64,000 nt of DNA from an uncultured Bacillus sp. (GCA_947085265.1 CAMTVR010000012.1:252053-316052); one strand, 5' to 3'. Shown: positions 27,983 through 37,923, counted from the first letter of the stretch. Program-made: numbers and translations. The notes: generated from the letters alone by a model not told the origin.

Positions 27983-28588
27983 TTATCGTACCCGCCTGCC
28001 AAATTTGTTCTCCCGGCCTTGCAAAAGGCGTTGAATGTTTTCCCTGTGTTTCCAGAAAACGAGCAGCATTAACAGCAGGGAAAGGAGGAAAACGGACAAC
28101 CCTTTTCCAAAAGCGAGGAACAACCACGGCATCAAGAAAACCAACAGCAATGAGCCTAGAGAGACATAACGGGTAATGGCAATGACCAACAAGGTGATCA
28201 AACCTGCGATCAGGGTTGCCCAAAAGGAGATTCCAATCATCACACCAATCGTCGTGGCCACCCCTTTCCCACCCCGGAAGCCAAAATAAAGCGGCCAGAT
28301 GTGTCCGACGATGGCACCGATCCCCACCAACATCGCGGAAGGATAATGTTCGTTGGTCAAAGCAAGCGTGAGAATGACCGGCAAAAACCCTTTCAATCCG
28401 TCAAGCAGCAGCACGATCAGCCCCGGCCCCGTCCCGATAACGCGGGAGATATTGGTAGCGCCGGCATTCCCACTTCCATGTTGCCTGATATCAATCCCTG
28501 AAAACCATTTTCCGATTAGCAGCCCGAAGCTGACTGAGCCTAGCAGATAGGATACGATGATCATTATGACAACCGTGAGATTAAACAT
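27983..28588 (-). CDS. plsY: Glycerol-3-phosphate acyltransferase PlsY
   Basis: GSGNAGATN and FRGGKGVAT motifs. Start ATG 28588 follows the RBS GAGGGGAG. Confidence 0.9.
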   Translation of the reverse strand: MFNLTVVIMIIVSYLLGSVSFGLLIGKWFSGIDIRQHGSGNAGATNISRVIGTGPGLIVLLLDGLKGFLPVILTLALTNEHYPSAMLVGIGAIVGHIWPLYFGFRGGKGVATTIGVMIGISFWATLIAGLITLLVIAITRYVSLGSLLLVFLMPWLFLAFGKGLSVFLLSLLLMLLVFWKHRENIQRLLQGRENKFGRRVR

Positions 28589-28609
28589 GATGGTTTCTCC
28601 CCTCATCAT

Positions 28610-29923
28610 TTAAGAACGTTTGCGAATGATAAATCTCAGTGGCGTTCCGGTAAACTGAAACGCTTCGCGAAAGCGATTTTCAAAATATCGCTGGTAGGAA
28701 AAGTGGAACAATTCAGGTTCATTGACAAAAAAGACGAAGGTTGGCGGTTTGACAGATGCTTGAGTCACATAATGAATTCGCAACTTTCTTCCTCTTTTGC
28801 TGGGAGGAGGCGTCTGGATCATCGCATCTTCCACCACATCGTTGAGCAACGAAGTGGGGATCCGCCGGCTGTGCTGTTCTGCCACATCATTGACATGCGA
28901 GAGAATGGTATGTACACGTTGTCCCGTCTTGGCGGAAATAAAAAGAACGGGTGCGTAATCGAGAAAAGGAATCGTGCGCCTGATCTGTTCCGTATACCGC
29001 TGAGCCGTTGCTGTTTCTTTCTCAATGGCATCCCACTTGTTGACGATGATCAGGATCCCGCAGCCGGCATCATGAGCGAAATTGGCGATGCGCTTGTCCT
29101 GCTCTACCACACCCTCCAGTGCATCAATCACCAGAAGGGCCACATCAGAACGTTCGATCGCTTTCAAAGCCCGCAGAACGCTGTACCTTTCGGTCGATTC
29201 GTATATCTTTCCCTTCTTCCTCATCCCTGCTGTATCGATCAATACGTAGGATTGACCTGCCGCATGAAAAGAGGTGTCAATAGCATCCCGAGTCGTGCCC
29301 GCGATCGGGCTGACAATCACCCGTTCCTCACCGAGAATGGCGTTGACCAACGAGGATTTTCCCACGTTGGGACGGCCAATGACACAGATCCGGATCGTAT
29401 CTCCGGGATATTCTTCCTCTTCTTCCTCAGGGAAAAATTCCAACAACCGATCCAACAGTTCGCCCAATCCCTTGGCATGCTCGGCTGAAATGGGTACCGG
29501 ATCACCCAATCCCAACTCGTAAAATTCATACAAATGACTCACCTGATTTTGCTGATCCACCTTGTTCACGGCCAGGACGACAGGTTTTTTGGTACGGTAG
29601 AGGATAGCGGCCACATCCTGATCGGCTGGATTCAATCCCGCTTTTCCATCGACTAGAAAAAGGATGACATCCGCTTCGTCGATCGCCAGTTCCGCCTGTT
29701 GGCGAATTTGTTCCGCCATTTCAAGTTCATGGCCCAATTCAATTCCCCCTGTGTCTATCAGGAGAAATTCTTTGCCTCTCCATTCAGCGTGACTGTAGAT
29801 TCGATCTCGCGTAATTCCTGGTTTGTTTTCAACGATAGCAATCCGTTCGCCAACGAGCCGGTTAAATAACGTGGACTTTCCCACGTTGGGACGACCCACG
29901 ATGGCCACTGTCGGTTTCGTCAT
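28610..29923 (-). CDS. der: Ribosome-biogenesis GTPase Der (EngA)
   Basis: Two GTPase domains ([12 protein letters not shown] and [12 protein letters not shown]) plus a KH-like C-terminus. Start at [10 protein letters not shown]. Confidence 0.95.
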   Translation of the reverse strand: MTKPTVAIVGRPNVGKSTLFNRLVGERIAIVENKPGITRDRIYSHAEWRGKEFLLIDTGGIELGHELEMAEQIRQQAELAIDEADVILFLVDGKAGLNPADQDVAAILYRTKKPVVLAVNKVDQQNQVSHLYEFYELGLGDPVPISAEHAKGLGELLDRLLEFFPEEEEEEYPGDTIRICVIGRPNVGKSSLVNAILGEERVIVSPIAGTTRDAIDTSFHAAGQSYVLIDTAGMRKKGKIYESTERYSVLRALKAIERSDVALLVIDALEGVVEQDKRIANFAHDAGCGILIIVNKWDAIEKETATAQRYTEQIRRTIPFLDYAPVLFISAKTGQRVHTILSHVNDVAEQHSRRIPTSLLNDVVEDAMIQTPPPSKRGRKLRIHYVTQASVKPPTFVFFVNEPELFHFSYQRYFENRFREAFQFTGTPLRFIIRKRS

Positions 29924-30004
29924 GTGCTTAAATCCTTTCTGATTCAACAATTACATGCTGCAAAATGGTTGGCAAATCAATCCTACATGAATTACATACA
30001 CGAT

Positions 30005-30196
30005 TCAAGCGTGTTTGACGACGATCAACAATCCTTCATCCAACTCGTGAACCATCGCATCCAAGATCACTTCAAGGTGTGTGCCGATGATTTCCAATTC
30101 GTCGCGATGTTCAGCATAAAAAATCGGAATACCCCCGCCCACCCGATTGCGGTCGGTTGTAATCACCGCCAGGATGGTTTTTTCAAGACTGGCCAT
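30005..30196 (-). CDS. Small soluble protein (63 aa) coupled to the YIEGIA gene (annotated in public genomes, as far as I recall, as capping complex subunit for YIEGIA)
   Basis: ORF with RBS AAAGGAG 6 nt upstream, lying 32 nt downstream of the YIEGIA gene stop. The family name is from memory and was not verified. Confidence 0.5.
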   Translation of the reverse strand: MASLEKTILAVITTDRNRVGGGIPIFYAEHRDELEIIGTHLEVILDAMVHELDEGLLIVVKHA

Positions 30197-30228
30197 CGTC
30201 TTCTCCTTTCATTTTGGACGGAGTGACT

Positions 30229-31116
30229 TTATTGCTGTTGGTTAACCGTCGCTTGGGACGGGCGCCGGACAGCACCTTCCAGAATCGGGACCCGCTTGAT
30301 CAATCGGATTGCTTTTTCGATATCTTTTTCTTGTGGCAAGAGAAAAACACCGACTCGTCCATCTTCCAGATCCAACTTTGCCATAGGAACAAGTGCAGGG
30401 GTCCCGGAATCGCGATAGGCACCGAGGATAGTTGTGGCATCGTGAAGGATAGCCTGTCTTTGCCCGAGGTGGGATAGCGTGATCCGTCCATCCTGATTTT
30501 TTGGCGTCAGAATCAGTCCGATCCCTTTTTCTTGAATTAGTTGCCGGTTGGTAGTTAGCCCGACGTTCATGATGACGATATCACCGACGCACAATAATGC
30601 CCCTTTAAAGCGCACCGGAGCTTCCTGGACGTGCGCAATATGGCCAATCGATTTTCCAGACATAAAGAAGCGATCGAATAACAGGCAGAAGAATCCAGCG
30701 ATCACCCCGATCCATGGATTGAATAAGAAGGTAAACAACGAAACGAGCAAAGCTGTCAGAATGACCAAATAGTTCCTTCCCTCAAAAACCATTGCAATTC
30801 CCTCGATATACGAAGAACCGCGAGGGACCAGTTCGTCTTGATCCATTTTCGTGAGCATCTCTCTTTCCATATTCCGCACATCACGAAACTGCTGCGCAGC
30901 CAATGTCAAAAAGGTAACGGCAGTAAAATCTTTTTCAGCCAGAGAAGGGACAGCTACAGCCCCAAGGCTGGCCGCAATAAATCCCAACGCCAAATGAATG
31001 ATTCGGCCGTGTGGATAGGTTGGATATTGGCGATAATCAGTCCTTAACATGTACAGTCGCGCAAGAAATCCGATGGCAATCCCAAGCAGCATAGCTTGTT
31101 GGTACAGCTCCATCAT
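30229..31116 (-). CDS. yphB: YIEGIA family membrane protein (YphB/SeaA-like)
   Basis: Contains the eponymous motif SSYIEGIAMVFEG. The N-terminal half is multi-TM and the C-terminal half is soluble. It sits upstream of der as in B. subtilis. Confidence 0.8.
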   Translation of the reverse strand: MMELYQQAMLLGIAIGFLARLYMLRTDYRQYPTYPHGRIIHLALGFIAASLGAVAVPSLAEKDFTAVTFLTLAAQQFRDVRNMEREMLTKMDQDELVPRGSSYIEGIAMVFEGRNYLVILTALLVSLFTFLFNPWIGVIAGFFCLLFDRFFMSGKSIGHIAHVQEAPVRFKGALLCVGDIVIMNVGLTTNRQLIQEKGIGLILTPKNQDGRITLSHLGQRQAILHDATTILGAYRDSGTPALVPMAKLDLEDGRVGVFLLPQEKDIEKAIRLIKRVPILEGAVRRPSQATVNQQQ

Positions 31117-31156
31117 ATCCCCCGTTTCTAGCCGGAACGTTTATTTACCTTCATGC

Positions 31157-31834
31157 TTAAAACTGTTTGCGAGGAATGGCTTTTCGAATCAGCATCATTG
31201 CCGGAAAACGGTACTTTCGTCTGAAATGGAACAGGAAACGCCGCAGGTAATGAGATAATGCATTTCCTGCTGCACCCATCCAAAAGGTGCACCACCATAG
31301 CCGTTGAAACCACTCGCCAGCAACGATGAATGATTCCAGTTGGTCTGCATGAAGAATGAAGAAAGCCACTTCTGAGAAGAGAAGTCCTCCAGTCAGAATC
31401 AGCCAACGCTCAACGGGCTGACGTCCCGTGGAAAACGCAAGCAGGACTGTCAGCATTGCCACACCCCAAGCTTCATCCATGATCCAAAAAACAGGACTGT
31501 ACCGGATAAATTCTCTGATAAACAGTATTGTTACCGTGGTTAACAAAATGGCAGAAAGGGGATAAAACAAACCGCGCCACTCGTGTGAAAAAAACAACGC
31601 AAAAAAGACGGGTGTCATCAGCCCGCCGATATTCACGCTTACGCCCGGGATGAGTGTGACAGTCATGAAACTGGCGACCATCTGCAGGACAAAAAACCGA
31701 CATAAGTGCATGCGCAGTGATGGCCTGACCAGTTGCGTCCATGACTGAAACCATCCGGAAGCCAAGAGGATGAGAAAGACCATCTGGATGAGCAGTGTTT
31801 GTGGCATTGAAAACACAAGTACTCCTCCCGTCAC
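31157..31834 (-). CDS. yphA: Polytopic membrane protein, YphA-like
   Basis: Hydrophobic 225-aa ORF at the B. subtilis yphA position. The start is ambiguous: ATG 31834, GTG 31816 (5 nt after GGGAGGAG) or ATG 31807. Confidence 0.6.
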   Translation of the reverse strand: MTGGVLVFSMPQTLLIQMVFLILLASGWFQSWTQLVRPSLRMHLCRFFVLQMVASFMTVTLIPGVSVNIGGLMTPVFFALFFSHEWRGLFYPLSAILLTTVTILFIREFIRYSPVFWIMDEAWGVAMLTVLLAFSTGRQPVERWLILTGGLLFSEVAFFILHADQLESFIVAGEWFQRLWWCTFWMGAAGNALSHYLRRFLFHFRRKYRFPAMMLIRKAIPRKQF

Positions 31835-31887
31835 TCTTCATCCCACCATTATGTCTCATTTACGAACGATTTAACCCTACGGAAGTG

Positions 31888-31917
31888 AAAAAAAAAGCCA
31901 GATCCTCACGATCTGGC
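31888..31917 (-). terminator. Intrinsic terminator after rpsA
   Basis: Minus strand reads GCCAGAUC-gugag-GAUCUGGC followed by U9. Confidence 0.85.
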
Positions 31918-31939
31918 AATCACGACACGTGTGTTTTGA

Positions 31940-33091
31940 TTACGGCTTCAGTTGACGAAGCTGGTCGCCAATCACCTCTCCCAGGGTGACATTCAAGCCG
32001 GTGTTCGGCTCTGCAGGCGGCGCGTTTTTCTGGGCCTTTGGTGATTCCTGGGCCTCCTTGATACTCAAGCTGATCCGCTGTGCATCAAAATTTAGATCCA
32101 GGATCTTTACTTTCACCTTCTGACCTTCTTGCAGTTCTTCTTCTGGCGTCCCAATGTGGCGACGGGAAATTTGTGAGATGTGCACCAATCCTTCCACTCC
32201 AGGCAACAACTCGACAAAAGCTCCAAAGGGAACCAAGCGCTTGACGGTGCCTTCCACAATCTCCCCGACGGAAAACCGGGATTTTGCCTCGTCCCATGGT
32301 CCAGGAGTGGTTTCCTTGATACTTAGGCTAATCCGCTCATTTTCCTTATCCACATTCAGGATCTTTACCTTGACAAGATCCCCTTCTTTGAGCACATCGG
32401 AAGGCTTGTCGACGTGGTGCCAGGCGATTTCCGAAACGTGAACCAGCCCATCCACCCCGCCAAGGTCAACAAAAGCCCCAAAATCGGTCAAACGTTGAAC
32501 CTGACCTTCGATTGTATCGCCTACCCGCAATCGTTCCAATACTTCCTGCTTCTTTTTCGTCAATTCTTCCTCAAGGACGGCGCGATGGGAGAGAATCACT
32601 TTGTTTTGTTCTTTATCCATTTCGACCACTTTCAGGGTCAGTGTGCGACCTTTATAGTCGGAAAAATCCTCGACATAATGGCGCTCCACCATGGAGGCAG
32701 GGATAAATCCCCGCACACCGACATCAACAACTAATCCACCCTTGACGACGTTGGCTACTGTAGCTTCAAACACTTCGCCATTCTGGAACTTTTGTTCCAA
32801 GTCTTCCCAAGCCCGTTCACGATCGACGGCCCGCTTGGAAAGAAACACCTTATCCTCTTCATCATCAATGCGCAGAACGCGAACATCGATTTCATCCCCT
32901 TCTTTGAGAACGTCGCCAACGGTATCAATGTGTACGTTAGACACTTCACCAATGGTGAGAATTCCCTCGTTTTTATACCCAATGTCGACCAGCGCGACCT
33001 TATCTTCGACCTTGACCACCCTCCCTTTGACCGTATCACCCGGTTGAATGACTTGAACAGCCGCCATTTCCGTATTCATTTCTTCTACCAT
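31940..33091 (-). CDS. rpsA: 30S ribosomal protein S1 homologue (four S1 domains)
   Basis: Repeated S1 motifs (G.V..V...GA.V.L.....G..H.S). Start ATG 33091 lies 7 nt after GAGGAGGG. Confidence 0.9.
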   Translation of the reverse strand: MVEEMNTEMAAVQVIQPGDTVKGRVVKVEDKVALVDIGYKNEGILTIGEVSNVHIDTVGDVLKEGDEIDVRVLRIDDEEDKVFLSKRAVDRERAWEDLEQKFQNGEVFEATVANVVKGGLVVDVGVRGFIPASMVERHYVEDFSDYKGRTLTLKVVEMDKEQNKVILSHRAVLEEELTKKKQEVLERLRVGDTIEGQVQRLTDFGAFVDLGGVDGLVHVSEIAWHHVDKPSDVLKEGDLVKVKILNVDKENERISLSIKETTPGPWDEAKSRFSVGEIVEGTVKRLVPFGAFVELLPGVEGLVHISQISRRHIGTPEEELQEGQKVKVKILDLNFDAQRISLSIKEAQESPKAQKNAPPAEPNTGLNVTLGEVIGDQLRQLKP

Positions 33092-33168
33092 ACGTAAACC
33101 CTCCTCTTGACTAGACACATCAGCATTATACATCAAAGCGCAATCTAAGATTGGCTTGAGAACAAAAA

Positions 33169-33795
33169 TCAAGTGCTGCTACTCGTCGACGAAGACGTCG
33201 TTAAGCGTGCCATCGCGAGCCGGATCGGCTCCATCATCTGCTCTGCCACTTCTTCCAGTTGTTTTGAACCAACTTTTTCCGAGGAGAATGACTTGACATC
33301 AATGGGCGGCAAGACCGTTACCTTGACCTTGCCAAAAAGGCGGTATGTACCAGAAAGCAAGACTGGCACCGCTGTAACATCTGATTTCAAGGCAAACATG
33401 GCCGCGCCTGGAAACGGTTTTCCCAACTTCCCCGTCTTGCTGCGATGACCTTCTGGAAACAGGATAAACACGCCACCGTTGCGCAATATTTGTAAGCCTC
33501 GTTTGACGGCTCCCACATCAGCTGCACCGCGCTTGACAGGAAACGCACCAAATGAACGAATCAACATTGCTAAGAGAGGGTTGCGGAACAGCTCCTCTTT
33601 GGCCATGAAATGCACCCTTCTGGGAACGATCACAGCCAAAATGGGCGGATCCCAGTTGCTCAGATGATTGGCATATAGCAGCACGGGCCCTTTCCGAGGA
33701 ATATAGTGGCGATCATGCACCTCAAGGCGAAAAACGATTTTAAAAAAAAGCGCTGCCAGCCAACGTATCAGGTGATACAACGTTGTTCGCCTCAC
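33169..33795 (-). CDS. plsC: 1-acyl-sn-glycerol-3-phosphate acyltransferase
   Basis: NHLSNWD (HX4D) and FPEGHRS motifs. There is a 4-nt overlap with cmk. Confidence 0.85.
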   Translation of the reverse strand: MRRTTLYHLIRWLAALFFKIVFRLEVHDRHYIPRKGPVLLYANHLSNWDPPILAVIVPRRVHFMAKEELFRNPLLAMLIRSFGAFPVKRGAADVGAVKRGLQILRNGGVFILFPEGHRSKTGKLGKPFPGAAMFALKSDVTAVPVLLSGTYRLFGKVKVTVLPPIDVKSFSSEKVGSKQLEEVAEQMMEPIRLAMARLTTSSSTSSST

Positions 33796-34463
33796 TTTGC
33801 CTGTCGGATAATCTCAATAACATGTTCGACCACTTCCGAAAGGGTCATGTCGGAGGTATCCAGGATAATGGCATCTGGTGCCGGTTGGAGAGGAGCAATG
33901 GTACGCCCGCTGTCCAGCTGGTCGCGCCGGATAATGTCCTCTTTCACCTCTTCATAATCGGCGGAATATCCCTGCTCCAACAGCTCCCGATGGCGCCGTA
34001 GGGCACGCACTTCAGGAGATGCTGTGATAAAGAGCTTGACATCGGCGTCCGGAAAGACCACCGTACCGATATCCCGACCGTCCATGACCACAGAATCCTG
34101 CTTTGCCAATTCCCGCTGGATTTGCACCAAGCGTTCGCGTACCGATGGGTGCGCAGAGACCGAGGAGACAAAATCCGTAACGAGTGGAGAGCGGATTTGT
34201 TTGCTGATTTCTTTTCCATTCAGCCAAACCCGCTGCTTGCCATCATTGTCATATCGCACATGAATACAGAGCTGTTGCAAAAACTGTTGCAACCGCCGCT
34301 CGTCGCCAAGGTTGATCTGTTCGTCAATGATTCCCCAGGTTACCGCACGGTACATTGCGCCGGTATCTACATACATCATGTCAAGCGCTTGGGCCACTTT
34401 TTTGGCTACCGTGCTTTTACCAGCACCTGCTGGACCATCGATGGCAACCCGGATGTTCCCCAT
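33792..34463 (-). CDS. cmk: Cytidylate kinase
   Basis: IAIDGPAGAGKSTVAK P-loop, and a typical Cmk core. Confidence 0.93.
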   Translation of the reverse strand: MGNIRVAIDGPAGAGKSTVAKKVAQALDMMYVDTGAMYRAVTWGIIDEQINLGDERRLQQFLQQLCIHVRYDNDGKQRVWLNGKEISKQIRSPLVTDFVSSVSAHPSVRERLVQIQRELAKQDSVVMDGRDIGTVVFPDADVKLFITASPEVRALRRHRELLEQGYSADYEEVKEDIIRRDQLDSGRTIAPLQPAPDAIILDTSDMTLSEVVEHVIEIIRQAK

Positions 34464-34482
34464 TGTGTCATCTACCTTTCCC

Positions 34483-34515
34483 CAAATAAGAAGAAAGCAG
34501 GCGGCTTGCCTGCTT
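34483..34515 (-). terminator. Hairpin / probable terminator between ypfA and cmk
   Basis: Minus strand reads AAGCAGGC-aagcc-GCCUGCUU followed by UCUUCUUAUUU. It ends ~20 nt before the cmk RBS. Confidence 0.5.
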
Positions 34516-34678
34516 CATTGATGGTATTCGATTCAAGCGATCGAAGCCAATACTCAACCAACAACACACAGACAGCGTGACTTAGCCACTTGAATCACTT
34601 CCGTGATCTGGCTTTGATTATCCTATTTAGCTCACCTTCAGTTTAACACGGATGTGGGTATTTGTACAATCTTTTCAG

Positions 34679-35356
34679 CTACATCTGCTTGTTTCGCAAT
34701 TCCAGTTGCCGGGCAAAACAGTAACGGACAATCACCTCGCGATCCGACTCCTTGATCTCAGTGAACATCAAGGCAATCGTGGTGCGGCCTTTTATTTCAT
34801 CTGGCCTGCTGTACACCACTTGTGCCTTGTAAGGAATGTCGCGCGTTTTTCCTTTTTCTTCAATCTGGATCCTTCCTTCAATTGAATCACCTTCTGTTAC
34901 ATTCCATTTGCGCCCTTCGTCTTCTGAAAGGACAATGGATAACCCGCCGCCGCTGAGATCGATGAGCGGAACATCCACTACCTGTCCTTCCTCTACTGTT
35001 ATCGTGGTATGAAAGTTCACAGGCACGCGCAGGTACTGCCGCCGCTGAACTTTCTCGATCTGGTCAGCGGACGGCCTGCGGAGAACCAGCAGTGGTTCAT
35101 TGTCCAGGTATTGCTTGAGCACTTCTGTTTGAAACCTGTAAAGACTTCCGTTGTGGACAAAAGAAATTTCTACCACGGTTCCCTTGTGCAGAGGTTTATA
35201 CAGGAGGTGGCGTTCTATGGGTGATTGAATCGTGATCTGATCTTCTTCGATCTCCACAACCTTTAAAGAATATAATCGGCTTTTTCCTGTGTCCTTGTTA
35301 TCCCCATCATTGTCGAGGATGGCAAGGCTCACGGATTGCAACTGCTCAGGCAACAT
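34679..35356 (-). CDS. ypfA: PilZ-domain c-di-GMP receptor (YpfA/MotI-like flagellar brake)
   Basis: PilZ motifs RRQYLR and DLSGGG. Start ATG 35356 lies 8 nt after GGGAGAGAG. Confidence 0.8.
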   Translation of the reverse strand: MLPEQLQSVSLAILDNDGDNKDTGKSRLYSLKVVEIEEDQITIQSPIERHLLYKPLHKGTVVEISFVHNGSLYRFQTEVLKQYLDNEPLLVLRRPSADQIEKVQRRQYLRVPVNFHTTITVEEGQVVDVPLIDLSGGGLSIVLSEDEGRKWNVTEGDSIEGRIQIEEKGKTRDIPYKAQVVYSRPDEIKGRTTIALMFTEIKESDREVIVRYCFARQLELRNKQM

Positions 35357-35397
35357 CCTGACCGCTCTCTCCCATTTCACATAATCTCATTGATATT

Positions 35398-35426
35398 ATT
35401 ATATCATGCTTGAGATAAGTTGGCAG
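35398..35426 (-). promoter_or_regulatory. Putative ypfA promoter (extended -10)
   Basis: Minus strand reads CTGCCA, 17 nt (ending in TGa), TATAAT. Confidence 0.45.
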
Positions 35427-35427
35427 T

Positions 35428-35456
35428 CTTTTTCAAGCGCTGATACTTTTTCAAGC
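35428..35456 (-). repeat. 11-nt direct repeat GCTTGAAAAAG x2 (18-bp period) upstream of the ypfA promoter
   Basis: Plus strand has CTTTTTCAAGC at 35428-35438 and 35446-35456. The two copies are identical. Confidence 0.6.
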
Positions 35457-35463
35457 AGGAGGA

Positions 35464-36810
35464 CTAGAGTTTTTCTGCGTCAATGTTTTTAATCCCTTCG
35501 ACGAGGATTTCTTCCCCATTGATGGCATCAATGTAAATCCTGTAGGTATGCCCATTGAGTTCGCCCTGGAATTGATAAGCCAGACGTTCCTTGCCATTAT
35601 CATTTTCTACCAAGGCCAGATCGGCGTCCGGTGTTTGCAGTTCAGCATTCACTTTTTTCCGTGCTTCCGCTTCGCTCAAGCGAGGTTTAGGAATCTCTCT
35701 TTTCTTATGATGGAAAACATATTCTTCCGCCTGAAAACCGGTGACTTCTCCCCGATCCAGCGCCACCTTGACGCTTACCGTGTCCGTCATCAGCCGAACG
35801 CCATCCTGAACAGGGACAAAGAGAAAAATCCGCGTATTGTCATAAGGTTGTACATTGATCAGAGACATCCGCTCGAAACCGCGCTTCTGCAGAAAATCAA
35901 TGGCAATCTGCAGAGCCTGTTCTTCAGAAATGGTCGGTTTGGCGGTGTTGCGCTCGTTCATCATCCAGATGACATGTCCGCCTTTTTTGGTGACATCCAA
36001 GTAGATGCTGTCTTCACTCCCTTGGGGTGTTGCCGTCACACTGTAAGCGGCATATTCCGTGCCCTTGCCTGTTTCTGTAATATCGATTTTACGCAAAGGC
36101 TGCTGGATAAAACGCCGAACTTTCTCTTCCACTTCCTGCTTTGTAATACGTTTTCCTTTGAGATTGTCGTAGCGGTGCTTGCGTTTTTCACTCACCGCTT
36201 TGACGGTTCCCCAGTCCACTTCCGAAAATTCCTGAACCGTTTTATCGATGGATTGAAATCCATCAATGATCGTGTTGTCTGTCTGCGTTTTTTCACTGGC
36301 CAATGCTGCCTCGACGTCCATCCAGCGAAGTTGGTTGTCGATGATTTTGCTCTGTACACCATTCAATTCTTTCTTGATTTGTTCAGAGTGCTGATACAGC
36401 GTTTTGAGGGTCTGTTTTTCTTTGTCATTCAGCGGCTCCTGTTCCAGATCGCGAAGCGCGACCCGGTAAGCGAATTCACCCACATTTGACAGAAACTCTT
36501 CCGTATTGCTAAACGGAACCAAAGCAAGGGGAAGTTGTCCCAGGTCAGACTGGGCAGCATACGCCAGGCGCCAAACCGTGGCCAAACGAGGCGCTAATTG
36601 CTTGCGGGAATTGATCACCAATGCCTTACCCAATTCTTGATTTAAAGTGTCAATATGAAAATTCAAGTTATGGAAGGCGGATTGATACTGGTTTTCTGCT
36701 TTCAGCAAGATGGAGTTCTTGTCACGATTTTCCTGATAGCCCCAGATGCCGAGACCGACGACGAAAAGAGCCAATACAGGAAAAAGGATCCCTGCCACAC
36801 GACGGTACAT
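35464..36810 (-). CDS. ypeB: Germination protein YpeB (PepSY domains)
   Basis: 448 aa with an N-terminal TM anchor. The overall pattern and size match B. subtilis YpeB. Confidence 0.88.
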   Translation of the reverse strand: MYRRVAGILFPVLALFVVGLGIWGYQENRDKNSILLKAENQYQSAFHNLNFHIDTLNQELGKALVINSRKQLAPRLATVWRLAYAAQSDLGQLPLALVPFSNTEEFLSNVGEFAYRVALRDLEQEPLNDKEKQTLKTLYQHSEQIKKELNGVQSKIIDNQLRWMDVEAALASEKTQTDNTIIDGFQSIDKTVQEFSEVDWGTVKAVSEKRKHRYDNLKGKRITKQEVEEKVRRFIQQPLRKIDITETGKGTEYAAYSVTATPQGSEDSIYLDVTKKGGHVIWMMNERNTAKPTISEEQALQIAIDFLQKRGFERMSLINVQPYDNTRIFLFVPVQDGVRLMTDTVSVKVALDRGEVTGFQAEEYVFHHKKREIPKPRLSEAEARKKVNAELQTPDADLALVENDNGKERLAYQFQGELNGHTYRIYIDAINGEEILVEGIKNIDAEKL

Positions 36811-36898
36811 CGGTTGTCATCTCCTTTTTGCGACATTTCCAGCTACCTGTATTTTGAGAAGAAAGAGATGAAAGTATGTACCGTGTTCTGTCGTGGGC

Positions 36899-36925
36899 AA
36901 CAAAAATACCAGGGTTTCCCCTGGT
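36899..36925 (-). terminator. Intrinsic terminator after mecB
   Basis: Minus strand reads ACCAGGG-gaaa-CCCUGGU followed by AUUUUUGUU. Confidence 0.65.
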
Positions 36926-36994
36926 CAGTTCGTTGGACTCCAACGACTGGAAATCATTGGGATATCAATCGGCTTTTGAAGCTGGAAATTCCAG

Positions 36995-37609
36995 TCATTC
37001 GTGAAAATAATGGGTCAATGTCATGACCGCTGTATCCTGCGCAATGACGTTTGCATACTCTTCCAATACATAGGGTGTCACCGTAGAGGCCTCCCCGTAC
37101 TCGGATAAAACGGCAACCATGCGATGCAAAACCTCTTCATTCAGCTCATCGCCAGGGGCATAAAAGTAATAGCCTTCTTGGTAAGAATAGACAGTCCCGC
37201 CATGATAACCCAATTTCCGGAGATAATGAAGCGCAGATACCAGATTTTCAAAGTCGGTAAAACGATACACGAGCCAATCGTTTTCTTCTAATGTGACTTC
37301 CATCTCGTAAAGTTCCTCTTCAATGAGTGTATCTTGTTCTGCTTCTGCCTCTTCTGTTAGTTGGTCGCGATGACCGCGTGTCACGATCACCACGATTCCT
37401 TGTGCAGGGAGGGCAAATACTTCTACCGCAACCGGGCCATTGATTTCAAAACCCACCTCATCGTAGGCCTGTTCCATCATTTCATTGAATAATTCATGGA
37501 CCTTTGGAATATCCCGCCACATATCCTCTTTTTCAATTCCCCGTTCCATCAGGTCGTCAAAGGTAAGAAAAATGCGAATTTTATCTTGCCCCAGTCGCTC
37601 CACGCGCAT
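36995..37609 (-). CDS. mecB: MecA-family ClpC adaptor protein (YpbH/MecB-like)
   Basis: MRVERLGQDKIRIFLTFDDLMERGI... is the canonical MecA N-terminus. 204 aa. The position relative to serA fits the ypbH paralogue. Confidence 0.8.
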   Translation of the reverse strand: MRVERLGQDKIRIFLTFDDLMERGIEKEDMWRDIPKVHELFNEMMEQAYDEVGFEINGPVAVEVFALPAQGIVVIVTRGHRDQLTEEAEAEQDTLIEEELYEMEVTLEENDWLVYRFTDFENLVSALHYLRKLGYHGGTVYSYQEGYYFYAPGDELNEEVLHRMVAVLSEYGEASTVTPYVLEEYANVIAQDTAVMTLTHYFHE

Positions 37610-37894
37610 CGCGATCTCCTCCTTGCCTATCCACTACTATATTATATATGGTTCAACGGATTTTTGCGTCTGTGTCAGCATATCTCCACAACAAAAATAG
37701 CAATTTTAAATCGCAATTTCGGTGCTCATGAACAAGGGCTTCGCCTGTTTCCGACATGGGATTTTATTTCGAGATTACAACGAACTTTGATACATTGTAG
37801 TCTAAAACGGAACCTTTTTCAATATAGGTACATCGAAGTTTCTTTTACCATAAAGCCACGCCGCAACAAGGTTGCAGTGGTTCAAATGTTTTTA

Positions 37895-37923
37895 TTTTAC
37901 GGGAGAGCACATTTTGTTATAAT
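37895..37923 (+). promoter_or_regulatory. Putative ppa promoter (extended -10)
   Basis: TTTTAC, 17 nt (ending in TGt), TATAAT at 37918-37923. Confidence 0.55.

Noticed and set aside
28703-29488. 261-aa plus-strand ORF
   Set aside because: It is antisense to der (EngA), whose two GTPase domains are unambiguous. It is a shadow ORF.
35548-36489. 313-aa ORF on the plus strand
   Set aside because: It is entirely antisense to the well-supported ypeB gene. It has no RBS and a low-complexity F/L/R-rich translation. It looks like a typical shadow ORF.
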